From an uncultured delta proteobacterium (GTDB taxonomy: Bacteria > Myxococcota_A > Polyangia > Polyangiales > Polyangiaceae), in the NCBI GenBank assembly GCA_963806225.1, contig CAWDXG010000004.1:4928001-4992000 (forward strand): a stretch of 64,000 nt of DNA. The letters are read 5' to 3'. Below, piece by piece: positions 1 through 10,477 of this stretch. Position 1 is the stretch's first letter. Every line of letters starts with the position of its first letter. The notes under the pieces were generated by a model. The model had not been told where the DNA came from. It did no database searches and saw nothing but the letters and a program-made list of their open reading frames with translations. Both the position numbers and the translations under genes were made by a program.

Positions 1-1
1 C

Positions 2-1291
2 CACCGCGACGGCGAGGCCGATACCGGCGGGCTCCGCGTCGTCAACGACGACGTCCGCGCCTGCTCTACGCAGCGTGTCGACTACGGCAAGGCGCGCACT
101 TCCGAGCCGATGGGGTTCATCTACACCTCCGGCACGACGGGCCTGCCGAAGGCCGCCGTCATCACGAACCGGCGCTACCAGATGGTCATCACCGGATTTT
201 CGCGTCTCGGGCACGAGGCCACGCCGGACGACATCATCTACGTTGCGCTGCCGCTCTATCACGGCAACGCGCAATGGGCGGGTTGGGGCGCGTGCCTGCA
301 CAGCGGGGCGGCGATGGCGCTGCGCCGCAGATTCAGTGCCTCGCACTTCTGGGACGACGTGAACCGCTTCGGCGCGACGCGCTTCGTCTACATCGGGGAA
401 GTGTGCCGCTACCTTCTGAACCAGCCGCCGCGCGAGGGAGAGCGCGGCCACCGGCTCGCCGTCGGCGTGGGCAACGGGCTGAGACCGGACATCTGGGAGG
501 AATTCTGCGAGCGCTTCGGCGTGCCGCTGATCCGCGAATTCTACGGTGCGACGGAAGGCAACGCCCCGCTCATGAACGTCGACGGGCGGCCGGGCATGGT
601 GGGAAGGCTCGGGCCGGGTCAGGCGATCGTCCGCTGCGACCTGTCGAGCGGCGAGCCCATCCGTGACGCCAAGGGTCGCTGCACCCGGATCGAGGAAGGC
701 GGGACGGGGCTCCTGATTGGCCGCATCAACAGGATCGCGAAGTTCGACGGCTACCTCGACGAGGACGCGACGAACAAGAAAATCCTGACCGGCGTCTTCA
801 AGCGCGGTGACAGCTGGTTCAACAGCGGCGACCTGATGACACTGCACGACAACGGCTGGGTGTCGTTCGCCGATCGCGTGGGCGATACGTTCCGCTGGAA
901 GGGCGAGAACGTGTCGACGAACGAGGTCGCCGAGGTGCTGAACGGCGCCCCCGGCGTGCTCGAGAGCAACGTCTACGGAGTCCAGGTACCGGGCGCCGAG
1001 GGCCGGGTCGGGATGGCGAGCCTGACCGTGAAGGGCGATCTCGATCCTGACGCGCTCGGCCGCTATGTCACGCGGAATCTGCCGTCTTTCCAGCGCCCGG
1101 CGTTCGTGCGCGTGCTCGGCGAGATGCGCACCACCGCCACCTTCAAGCACCTCAAGACCGACTACCGCAACGAGGGCTACGATCCGGCGAAGGTCGCCGA
1201 CCCGCTCTTCTATCTCGACGGCGAGCGCTACGTTCAGCTCGACGCGAAGCTCTACGCGCGTATCGCTTCGGGCGAAATCGGCCCGCGCTGA
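2..1291 (+). CDS. long-chain acyl-CoA synthetase (FATP/FadD6-like), 5'-partial
   Basis: AMP-binding motif IYTSGTTGLPK, EFYGATEG, SGDL and DRVGDTFRWKGENVST (FATP signature); the frame is open from position 2, so the start lies outside the window. Confidence 0.9.
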   Translation, partial: HRDGEADTGGLRVVNDDVRACSTQRVDYGKARTSEPMGFIYTSGTTGLPKAAVITNRRYQMVITGFSRLGHEATPDDIIYVALPLYHGNAQWAGWGACLHSGAAMALRRRFSASHFWDDVNRFGATRFVYIGEVCRYLLNQPPREGERGHRLAVGVGNGLRPDIWEEFCERFGVPLIREFYGATEGNAPLMNVDGRPGMVGRLGPGQAIVRCDLSSGEPIRDAKGRCTRIEEGGTGLLIGRINRIAKFDGYLDEDATNKKILTGVFKRGDSWFNSGDLMTLHDNGWVSFADRVGDTFRWKGENVSTNEVAEVLNGAPGVLESNVYGVQVPGAEGRVGMASLTVKGDLDPDALGRYVTRNLPSFQRPAFVRVLGEMRTTATFKHLKTDYRNEGYDPAKVADPLFYLDGERYVQLDAKLYARIASGEIGPR

Positions 1292-1294
1292 CGG

Positions 1295-1921
1295 CTAGAT
1301 CCCCAGCATGTGCCGGATCACGCGGATCGTGTGCTCGACCTGGCTGGGCGCGATGGCCCAGGTCACGAGCGCGCCGTAGAGCGCACCGGTGAAGTGCGCA
1401 TCGTGGTTGATGTTGTCGGAGGCGCTGTACGACTGCCACACGCTGTAGGCCATGTAGAGCGCGCCGAACACGACCCCGGGCACGGCGAACGGCAGGAACA
1501 ACAGGCCGATCCTCATCTGTGGGTACAGCAGAATCGCGCTGAACATCACCGCGGCAACGGCACCCGACGCGCCGAGCGAACCGTAGCCAGGTCGATTCCA
1601 GTAGCGCAGCGTGGTCGGAAGGTGCGCCACGACTACGGCGCTGACATACAGCCCTGCGAACAGGATTGGCCCGAACTTGGCGACCACGCGGTCGGCGAAC
1701 ATGTAGAGCACGAACATGTTCATGGCCAGGTGCATCATGTCCGCGTGGATCCATCCGCCGGTGACCAGCCGGTACACTTCACCCCGGCGCACTTGATAGG
1801 GGCTCAGGATCAGCGCGCGCTTGATTCGCTCGCTCGAAAACGCGATCACGCTGACCGCGACCACGGAGACGATGATCAGCAGCGTGACGCCCAGGTGGCT
1901 GACGGCGGCGGGTAGCTTCAT
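1295..1921 (-). CDS. rhomboid family intramembrane serine protease
   Basis: YRLVT..WIHAD..HLAMNM, catalytic GASG, and AHFTGAL in a multi-TM protein. Confidence 0.9.
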   Translation of the reverse strand: MKLPAAVSHLGVTLLIIVSVVAVSVIAFSSERIKRALILSPYQVRRGEVYRLVTGGWIHADMMHLAMNMFVLYMFADRVVAKFGPILFAGLYVSAVVVAHLPTTLRYWNRPGYGSLGASGAVAAVMFSAILLYPQMRIGLLFLPFAVPGVVFGALYMAYSVWQSYSASDNINHDAHFTGALYGALVTWAIAPSQVEHTIRVIRHMLGI

Positions 1922-2022
1922 CGTGTGCAGGGTATCCCGCCGCGCTGGTTGTCGCGCGCGAAGGTGCGCCGGCGCCTCTGCCGGCGCGCTGGCCAGGGCC
2001 AGACGCGCCGGCAGGCTTCGCT

Positions 2023-2238
2023 CTAGGCCGAGGCCTTCTTCGGGGCGGGTCCAAGGACCGACTTCATGTCGACCTTGGCGACGCCAGGCCCCTGCTGGGT
2101 TTCAGTCCAGATAGATACCGTGGTGCTGTTCTTGGGGAACATCGTGTCCACACGGACGATCTTGCCGATGCGTCCGTCCTCGAGCAGCACCTGGCGGCGA
2201 TCCGTCATGAACTGATGGATGTGCCGTAGGTTTGACAT
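2023..2238 (-). CDS. small hypothetical protein (71 aa, beta-rich)
   Basis: ATG at 2238 preceded by TATATT; high GC3 codon usage; MSNLRHIHQFMTDRRQVLLEDGRIGKIVRV. Confidence 0.6.
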   Translation of the reverse strand: MSNLRHIHQFMTDRRQVLLEDGRIGKIVRVDTMFPKNSTTVSIWTETQQGPGVAKVDMKSVLGPAPKKASA

Positions 2239-2464
2239 ACCCTTCAATATAGGGCGCGCGCGGACCGCTGCCAGATTTCTGCAATTGTTCCGGGGTGAAA
2301 GGGCGCTCGGGCGAGACGGCGCAGGCGCTCCGGCCGCTCGCCGCGGAGGAAAGGTACCCGGCGCCCAGTCTTCAAGATTCGAAAGTGGTTCCAGCAGTTT
2401 GGAGCCCCGCTGCCGCCGGATTCTGGTCCTCCGGCCGAGCCGCTCGCTATCGTTCCATCTGCCC

Positions 2465-3127
2465 ATGAGACGCGCTCTTCTCCGACCCTCCGGCCGTGTC
2501 CGTTCCTGGCTCGCGCCGTCCCTGCCGGCGCTGTTCGCCAGCGCGGCTCTGATCGGCTGCATCCAGCAGACCCACCGCGTCGAGGTGTCGACCCGGACCC
2601 TGCCGCCGCCCTCCGCGAAGCCTGTGCAGCACACCGGCCGCCTGTGGGTCGAGCTGTATCCGCGTGGCGAGAACCGCCAGTGTGCGACCGCCCGCGGGGA
2701 GCGTCCGCTGTGTTTCGAGGGCGTGCAGGACAAGCTGGCCCGTGCGCTCCGCGACGCACTCTGGCCCAGTTTTCCTGCCGTGCGCGTCAAGCGGCGCGGC
2801 GATAACCTGGTGCCTGGCGACTACGTGCTGCTGGTGGACGTGTCGCTCAGCCCGGTGCCGCCCGACCGGACCGGGCCGGGCTGGTCCGCCCTCGCCCGCG
2901 GTCGCTGGCAGCTTGCGCGAGACGGGCTGCCCGTGATCGGCGAGCGCTTGAGCGCACGCTCGCGGCCCGCTTTTGCCTATGGCCGACCGCTCGGGGCGGG
3001 GGCAGGCGAAGTGGTCGAAGCGGTGGCCGAGCACATCGGCAGCGCGCTCGCCGCGCTGCCCGAGTCGCGCCCGCTCGTGCCGGCGCTGCTGCCGCGTGTA
3101 GCGACCACGAACATCGATCAGCGCTAA
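2465..3127 (+). CDS. hypothetical lipoprotein
   Basis: 3' part of ORF 2219..3127; signal-like segment ending ALIGC (lipobox); start uncertain. Confidence 0.5.
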   Translation: MRRALLRPSGRVRSWLAPSLPALFASAALIGCIQQTHRVEVSTRTLPPPSAKPVQHTGRLWVELYPRGENRQCATARGERPLCFEGVQDKLARALRDALWPSFPAVRVKRRGDNLVPGDYVLLVDVSLSPVPPDRTGPGWSALARGRWQLARDGLPVIGERLSARSRPAFAYGRPLGAGAGEVVEAVAEHIGSALAALPESRPLVPALLPRVATTNIDQR

Positions 3128-3172
3128 AGTCGTAGCGAAAATGCCACAAAAATGTGACATTTTGCTATGATT

Positions 3173-4612
3173 CTAGTCTTCCGAAGAGGCCAGACGCTGC
3201 TCGATGGCTTCGAGGTGGGCGTTGACCTGCGGGTCTTTCTGCCGGAGCTGCTCTACGCGCCGCACCGCGCTCATCACGGTCGTGTGATCGCGGTTGCCGA
3301 ACGCGCGCCCGAGCTCGGGGAAGCTGCACTTGAGGCGCTGGCGGCACAGGTACATCGCCACCTGCCGCGCGAAGGCCACGCTCTTGTGGCGGTCCTTGCT
3401 CAGAAGCTCCGAGTTCGACAGCCGGAAGTGACCGCACACGGCGCTTCTGGATGTCCTCCACGCTCATCATCTCCGGACGGCGCGGCGCGACCATCGCGAT
3501 CTCGCTGCGCGCGAACTCGGAGTCGATCGGGCGCCCCGTCAACGACGACTTCGCTGCCAGGCGGATCAGCGCGCCTTCCAGCTCGCGCACGTTGCTCTGC
3601 ACGCTCTGCGCGAGCAGCACGGCCACGTCGTCGTTGATCGAGATGCCCTCGATGTTCGCCTTCTTGCGGATGATGGCGACGCGCGTCTCGAGCTGCGGCA
3701 CCTGGATGTCCGCCACCAGCCCGGAGGTGAAGCGCGACACCAGGCGCTCCGGCATGCGCTGCAGCTGCTGGGGGTACTTGTCGCTGGTCACGACGATCGG
3801 CTTGTCCGCGTCGCGCAGCGCGTTGAACGTGTGGAAGAACTCCTCCTGCGTCTGCTCGCGACCGGCGAGGAACTGGATGTCGTCCAGCAGCAACAGGTCG
3901 CACTCGCTGCGATAGCGCGCGCGGAACTCGTCCATCTTGTGGTGCTGCAGCGCCTCGATGAACTCGTTGGTGAAGTGCTCGGCGGAGACGTAGAGCACGC
4001 GCGCGTCCGGCCGGTCCTCCAGCACCTTGTGCGCGATGGCGTGCATCAGGTGCGTCTTGCCGAGACCCGGTGCCGCCCGCGATGAAGAGCGGGTTGTAGC
4101 GAGGGCCGCCGCCGCCCGCCGAGGCGATGGCCGCGGCGTAGGCGAGCTCGTTCGAGGGCCCGACGACGAAATTCTTGAACGTGTGCTTCGGGTTGAGCGT
4201 GGCCGTCAGCACCGCGCGCCAGCGGTTGGACTGGCCCCGGCCCGGCCGGGAAGAAACGCGGAGCGGCTGCGGTCGCGCTGCCGATCTGCAGTCGGCGCGG
4301 GCGCGAGGGCGGAGCGTCCGTGCTCTTCGCCCGCGCCTCGCACACCGGCGAGTCGAGCTCGGTCGCGATCCGCCATTTCACGCTCACGGCGTCGCCGACC
4401 AGCTTGTCGAGCTGGCTGAGCAGCTCCGGTAGGAAGTGGGCTTTCACCCAGTCGCGCACGAACTCGTCGCGAGCGGTGAGCTCGAGCACGCCTTCTTCCA
4501 GCCCATCGAACTGGATACCGGAAAACCACTGCTCGAACGTGGCAGGAGAGCGGCTGCGGGTATGCTCCACGGCCTGCTGCCAGATGTTCACGATTTCGGA
4601 GGAACTCGGCAT
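3173..4612 (-). CDS. dnaA: chromosomal replication initiator DnaA (3 apparent frameshifts near 4218, 4067 and 3444)
   Basis: Domain I ([14 protein letters not shown]), [27 protein letters not shown][LGKTHL][31 protein letters not shown] and domain [18 protein letters not shown], spread over four ORFs; alternative GTG start at 4672. Confidence 0.95.
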
Positions 4613-4664
4613 CGGTGTGAGAGAGATCGAGCTTTCAGAAACCACGGCGATAGCATCCCCCAAC

Positions 4665-4685
4665 TTGTCCACAGGCTGTGGACAG
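4665..4685. promoter_or_regulatory. inverted pair of DnaA boxes upstream of dnaA
   Basis: TTGTCCACA (4665-4673), GGC, then TGTGGACAG (4677-4685, CTGTCCACA on the minus strand); matches the high-GC DnaA box TTGTCCACA. Confidence 0.75.
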
Positions 4686-5266
4686 TCCCACCCCCCTCGT
4701 TTTCAACGGCTCGTGCTGGCAAGGCCTGGCAGCGGTGTGCTGCGTGGGGGCCCCGCTTGGTCGGCTGGAAGCTGCCCTATGTGACGTTCCATCGTGACGG
4801 AGGGAGAACGAGAGCCTCGCCTCTCTCTTCATTGTGTCGCTGGTCGGCTCTGCAGCAGATGCGCATCGGCTCTCCGAGCGACAGACACGGCAGCTAGCAT
4901 CGCTCCATCGCGGACTTCAATGGACGATTTTTTTGCGAGCCCGAACTCACGGAAAACTCCGCGGATCTTCTTTCGGGCCGACAACGCGCAGACCCATTTC
5001 ACGCGCCGGACATTTCGAGCGTCGACGAATCATGCGTAGAAAACGCAGCTTCGCGCTCTGCACGCGGAGGGGCGTCTCTCCGACCGCGTCAACTTCCGTG
5101 GTTTGCGACGTCAAGGGTCGGCGGTGCGTTTTCGACAACCATCATGCACGCAACTGCGCGCATGCGTGCTCGTGCGGGGTTGACGATTGCCGATTTCTTG
5201 GCCTCGAAGCGCGCGTAGAGGTAGCTCACCGCTATCGGCCCGGATACCTCGACCGGACACAAACCC

Positions 5267-6305
5267 ATGCGACAGAGAGCAGCTCCCGTCGCGGCGCGGC
5301 GCCGCGTGCATGCCGTCGCGGCGCGGCGCCGCGTGCACGCCGCCGCGATCGCATTTTCTTTCGGAGCGGCTCTCACGGCGATCCCGAAGAGCGCGCACGC
5401 CACCAAGAGCAAGCTGCCGCCGCAGGTCGGGTACAACTACCAGAATATCGAGACGCCCCGCGTCGCTGCAATGGGTGATGCGCTGCGCGCGTTCAGCAAC
5501 TCGGTGAGCGCGCTCTTCATCAACCCGGCGAACATGGCGGCGTCGCGCGTCTACCACCTCAGCGCGTTCGGACAGATCTGGCCGGAGGCGCATCGACAGA
5601 GCTACGGCGCCGCGGCGGTCGATTCGATCGTGTCGAGCGCGCACGTGGCAGGGGGGCTCGGCGGCACGTGGACCTCGCAGGATTCGGATGGTCTCGGGCG
5701 TACGTCCGCCGACCTCAGGTTCGCACTCGCGTTCCCGTTTTCCGATCGCTTCTACGTCGGGCTGGGCGGGCGTTATCTGTGGCTCAAGCAGACCGGCAGC
5801 GCCGGTCCCTTCGACCCGAGCCCGGCCTCGGGCGGGATGCCGCGACAAGAACATCGTGCGGGGTTTCACCTTCGATGCCGGCGCGACGCTCAAGCCCGTC
5901 GACGGCCTGGCGCTGTCGATCGTCGGCCAGAATCTCAACAACCCCGGCAACGGATTCCAGCCGATGAGCTTCGGCGGGGGCGTCGGCTTCGGTACGCACG
6001 ATTTCACGCTCGAAGGCGACGCGCTGGCCGACTTCACCACCTGGGATCGCACCACCGTACGCGCCATGGGCGGCTTCGAGTTCCTGGCTGCCGATCACTA
6101 TCCGCTGCGCGCGGGCTACCGCTACGATCAGGGGCCGAAGAGCCACGGCTCAGCGCGGGTATCGGCTACATCGACAAGATCTTCTCGGCGGAGGTCGCGG
6201 TGCGCCGTACCGTCGTCTGGGCCGAAGGCCACGACAATCGTGATCGGCTTCACCTACCACCTCGAGTCGAGCGGCCTGACGCCCTCGCCGTCGGAGTCGT
6301 TCTAG
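5267..6305 (+). CDS. outer-membrane beta-barrel protein, FadL/PorV-like (frameshifted)
   Basis: Signal peptide; AAMGDA..SALFINPANM resembles the FadL/PorV N-terminal motif; amphipathic beta-strands continue across ORFs 5267..6391 and 5688..6305. Confidence 0.6.
5288..5341 (+). repeat. 27-bp tandem duplication in the signal-peptide n-region
   Basis: gtcgcggcgcggcgccgcgtgca(t/c)gcc x2, encoding VAARRRVHA twice. Confidence 0.85.
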
Positions 6306-7037
6306 TCGAGCCACAGCCGGACGCAGAGCGCATCGCGGCGCGTGCGCTCGGCGAGGGGCGGCGGAGTGAGCGGACGCGTCGTGTCCGGTGACGGGGAGCA
6401 CGGCGAGCGGGAGATCGGCGCCCTTGCGATCGCACAGGCGCGCGCTCTTCTTCGTCACGTGTGCGCCGCGCACTTGACGCTGCCGAGCACGAGCGGGCGG
6501 CCGTCCTCGCGTGCCGAGCCGGACGAGCAGCTCGCGCGAACCGTCGGCGGCGGGCGGCGGCATCGCGCGCACGCTTCTCGACGCGCAGCGTCGCCGAACC
6601 GGCAGGAGCGAGAGCGCGGCCAGCGGCGCGCGGCCGATCTCGATCACGCTGCCGGCCATGCGGCGGGTGCCGAGGATCACGGCCGCGTCGGCCGGCGCGG
6701 CCGGGCGAACCGCACGGGCAGCGGGTCGCCGTGCGCACGCTGTCGGGGGCACACAGATAGCCGGGCGGCGTGGCCGCGAGCCGGCGTCCAGCGCGAGCGG
6801 CGGCCCGGGCGCCCCGTAGGAGGCGAACAGCAGCAGTCGTCGTGCAGCCCGCGGCAGCGCCGGGAGCGTCAGCACGGTGGTCGTGCGCACGCGATCGCGG
6901 CGCGCCTCGACGATCACGCGCGCGATACCCACGCGGCCGAGCCCGGCGCCATGGTGCGCTGCCGGCGGTCGCGCCAGAGCGCTCGACGACAGCGCAGCGG
7001 CGAGCAGAACGGGGGCGAGCGGCGCGCGGCCCTTCAC
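6302..7037 (-). CDS. hypothetical secreted protein (frameshifted)
   Basis: GTG start overlapping the upstream stop, signal-like VKGRAPLAPVLLAAALSSSALA; the protein-like frame switches several times; stop TAG at 6302-6304. Confidence 0.4.
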
Positions 7038-8363
7038 CCGAGTGCCTCCGCGAGCAGCGCGACGGAGCGCCTGGGCACCGGCGTCAAGCGCTGCCTGCGT
7101 CGTGGCGGGGTCGGGCGACAGCTCCGCCTCGGACCGGAGCTGGTCGATCGCGCGCGGATTGCGGAACCAGTCCTCGTCGTGATCCGCGGTCAACTGCTCG
7201 GCGTGTGCCAGCGGCGAGCAACAGCTCCGTCGAAACGCTGTGCGTCGTCGACGTGCAGGCGCCACAGCGCGCCCGCCACGGTGCCGGGCAGCTCCACGCC
7301 GATCGCCTGCTGCAGGCGCGCTTCATACGCCTCGGCGAACGCCTTCTGGCCCGCCAACGCCGCTGGTCTGAGCAGCACGCGGAGCGCCTGGGCGCGCGAC
7401 TCGAGCAGCGCCACGCGCGCGATGATCCGCTGGTGCTCGCGCGCCCGCGCGCTGCCGAGGTCGAGCTGCCGCTCGAGGAAGGGACGCGACAGCGCCAGCC
7501 CGGCGAACAGCGCGCCGGTCGCGTGGCTATCGAGCTGCGTACGGGATCGTGCGCGACGACGAACGGCTGGTGCGCCGGGGCGAGCGCCTCGCGCCATGCC
7601 ACGCCGACAGCGTCGAACGCGCGGAGGAAGCTCGACAGCACCGAGCGCGGCCGGAAGCGGGCCCGGGTCGAGCCGGACATCATCGAGCAGGCCGCCGGCG
7701 CCGAGCAGATCGGCGATCGCGGAGGGCGTGATGCGCGCCGGAAAGCCTTCGGCGTCGCGTCCCAGTGCGAGCTCGACCAGCCCGTCCGGCTCCGGCCGCA
7801 GGAATTCGGCCGCCATGTCCGCGCTTCGCCGCGAGCCAGCGTGAGGCCGGTTCATACGCCGTGTCCGGCGACAGTTCGATCGCGTCCGGAGAGTCGAGCC
7901 CCATGCGCCGCGCGATCTCCGCGCGGCGTTCCCACGAGAGGGCCGTGCGGGCTGCCAGCTCCCCGGCGCGGTCGAGGAAGGCGCGGAGCCACGCGCCGCG
8001 GCGCGTGGGCTCCGACAGCGCGCGCGACAGGAGCGCCGCGAGCGGATAGCGTCCGCCTTCCGGCGCTTCGACGACGTGGAGCTCGAGCCGGCGGGCGGCC
8101 TCGACGGCGCCCAGCGCTTCGCGGTCGATGCGCTGCTCCGCCAGGCGATAGGTCCAGCGCATCAACGAGTGCTTCAGCGGATCGGCGTCCGGCAGCTCGT
8201 CGAGCGCGCGGAACGTCGTCAGTCCAGCCAGCGTTCCGTCGGGTTCGAACGGATCCCCGGAAAGCCCGAGCCCGTGGTCGAGCCGGCGGCGCCACGTGCG
8301 CCAGCGCGCGGCGGTTCGCGCAAGCCGGCGATCCAGTTCGAGCGGATCGAGCTCGTCCATCAT
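7034..8363 (-). CDS. hypothetical helical protein (frameshifted)
   Basis: Pieces of ORFs 7680..8363, 7190..7855 and 6150..7265 join into one protein with DEDWFRNPRA near the C-terminus. Confidence 0.55.
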
Positions 8364-8372
8364 CGCGCCCTG

Positions 8373-9216
8373 CTAGAGCTCATCGCCGAGCATGATCGTG
8401 AGACGCGCATACACCCTGAGCGAGGCGTTGAGCCGGCCGTCCGTTGTCTTGGAGAGATCGACGCAGTCGTTGTTTGCGCTCGAGGGGCAGCGGCGGATCT
8501 TGTCGATGAACACGTGCGTGTAGCTCAGCGAGGGGCCGAGCCGGATGCGGCTGCCCAGGAAGAAGTCGATCCCGCCGCCGACGCGCAGCGCGGGACCGGC
8601 GCCGGTCTCGTTGTAGCGCTCGCCGGCCTCGTCGTGCGAAGTGCCCATCACCCCGCCGCCCAGGCCCACCTCCACATACGGGATCGAGCGCGCCGTGGTC
8701 GAGGAAGTACGCGCGCCCCAGGAAGCCGAGGAAGATCCCGGCGGCGCTCGGCTTGGTCAGGTTCAGTCGTGCGGGCGGCTCGTAGCGGTAGCCGTCGAAG
8801 TCGAGCCCGCCGCCCCAGGCGAAGTACGGGGTCACGCGCCAGAAGGCCGAGAAGCCGACGCCGACGCCCATCTTGACGCCCGCGCAGCGATCGCTGGTCT
8901 GGCTGCCGGCCTGGCACACCGGCAGTGCGACGCCGAGACCGGGGACGAGCTCGACCGGGCGGCGCGCGTGCGGGTCGAGCGTCGGCGGAGGCAGCGGTGG
9001 GGGAGCGGGAGGGGGAGGCTGTGCGGCCGCCGGCGGCGGTGGCGCTCCCGGCCTGGGGGGCGCCGGCGTCGCGGGGGTCGCGGGCGGGGGCGCCGCGGGT
9101 GGGGGTGGCGGTGGTGGCGCCGGCGGCGGCGCTGCCGGTTCTGCAGCGGCGCGCATCGGCAGCAGCGCGGCAAAGGCGACGGCGAGCGCGGCTCGGATGG
9201 CGGGACGGCACGTCAT
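8373..9216 (-). CDS. Pro-rich outer-membrane beta-barrel protein (frameshift near 8680)
   Basis: Signal peptide, Pro-rich linker, 8-stranded-OMP-like pattern LDP[Y]VEVGLGGG..RVGGGIDF; Cys pairs in loops. Confidence 0.6.
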
Positions 9217-9303
9217 GCGGTCAGGGGCAAATGCTACTACTTATCGATACCGCGGTCGCTCCGATGCGTGCCGAGCGCCTTCCGGAGCGTCGCCCGGGGT
9301 TCG

Positions 9304-9817
9304 ATGATGGTACGGAGGCTCCCAGTTCTGCAGAATCCGGCCCCGGGCGACGCCGACGATCAGCGTCCGCCCTGGCACTGGGTGCTCATCGGCGCGGGCT
9401 TCGTGTTCACGCTGTGGATCCCGCTTGCGATCGCGGCCCAGTGGTTGTCCCGGATGCTGGCAGCGTCGATGGTCGATCTCGCCGACGCCGAGGCCGTCGC
9501 CCACTTCAACGCAACAGCTCCGACCGGGCAGCGGGTCCTGCTGTCCGCGGTTCTGCTCGGGCCCGCTGGTGCTGTCGTTCGTGGCGGCGTGCGTGTCCGG
9601 CGGGATGCTGGTCGGACGCTTCGGTGGGCGGGCCGGATCGCGCGAGGCAACACTGGCCGGGCTGCTTGCCGCGGCAGTGGCTTGGCTGGTGGCGCTGCTC
9701 GGCGGAGCCCTGTCGCCCTGGAGCGTCGCGGTGGCCAGCCTCGTCCTGCTCGGCGGCGCCGGGTCAGGGCTGACGCGGCTTGGCGCTTGGCTGGGCCGCC
9801 GCCGCCGTCCCAGGTGA
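9304..9817 (+). CDS. hypothetical membrane protein (frameshift near 9562)
   Basis: MMVRRLPVLQ..RPPWHWVLIGAG followed by about four hydrophobic helices. Confidence 0.55.
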
Positions 9818-9895
9818 CCAGAATCATGTTGGATGTCATGTTCCTGCCCGAGCCGAGGTGGACCCGCCCGGGGCCGAGAGTTACGCTTCGTCATC

Positions 9896-10462
9896 ATGAG
9901 TCGCCTGGATGACGAGCTTTTCGAGGCCGCAGAAGCGGTCGAAACGAGCCCGAAGGACGAAGCCGCGCCTCCGGTCGTAGGCCCTCCGGCCGGGAACTCG
10001 CGCTCGAAGCGCAACATCGGTCTGTTGATCGGGCTGTTGGTGATGGGCGGCGGCATCCTCACGCTGGTGATGACCAGCTTCAACAATGCCGCCATCTACT
10101 CCAAAGGCGTCGACGAGTTGCTCGCCCAGAAGACGAAGCTGGCCAGCCGCAACGTGCGCGTCGCCGGCACGCTCGTGAAGGGCACGCTCGTCAAGCGCGA
10201 CCAGCCCTGCGAATACCGTTTCAAGATGGAGAAGAACGGCAAGGTGCTCGACGTGCGCTACCCGGAGTGCATCGTCCCGGACACCTTCCGCGACCGGCCC
10301 GAGACGACCGTGCAGGTCACGGCAGAGGGCAAGCTCAGCAAGGCCGGCTACTTCGAGGCCAGCCAGATCATGGCCAAGTGCCCGTCGAAGTACCAGCAGA
10401 AGCAACAGGCGCAGGACAGCCAGAAGATGCCGACCGTCTACACGACGAAGCGCGGCGGCTGA
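9896..10462 (+). CDS. ccmE: cytochrome c maturation heme chaperone CcmE, Cys (CxxxY) variant
   Basis: N-terminal TM helix, VRVAGTLVKG, VPDTFRD, V-AEG and FEASQIMAKCPSKY. Confidence 0.85.
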   Translation: MSRLDDELFEAAEAVETSPKDEAAPPVVGPPAGNSRSKRNIGLLIGLLVMGGGILTLVMTSFNNAAIYSKGVDELLAQKTKLASRNVRVAGTLVKGTLVKRDQPCEYRFKMEKNGKVLDVRYPECIVPDTFRDRPETTVQVTAEGKLSKAGYFEASQIMAKCPSKYQQKQQAQDSQKMPTVYTTKRGG

Positions 10463-10477
10463 AAGAGCACTCTACAT

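Noticed and set aside
3173..4612. dnaA pseudogene or programmed frameshifting
   Set aside because: All motifs are intact, there are no slippery heptamers or premature stops, and similar indels occur throughout the window, which points to sequence error
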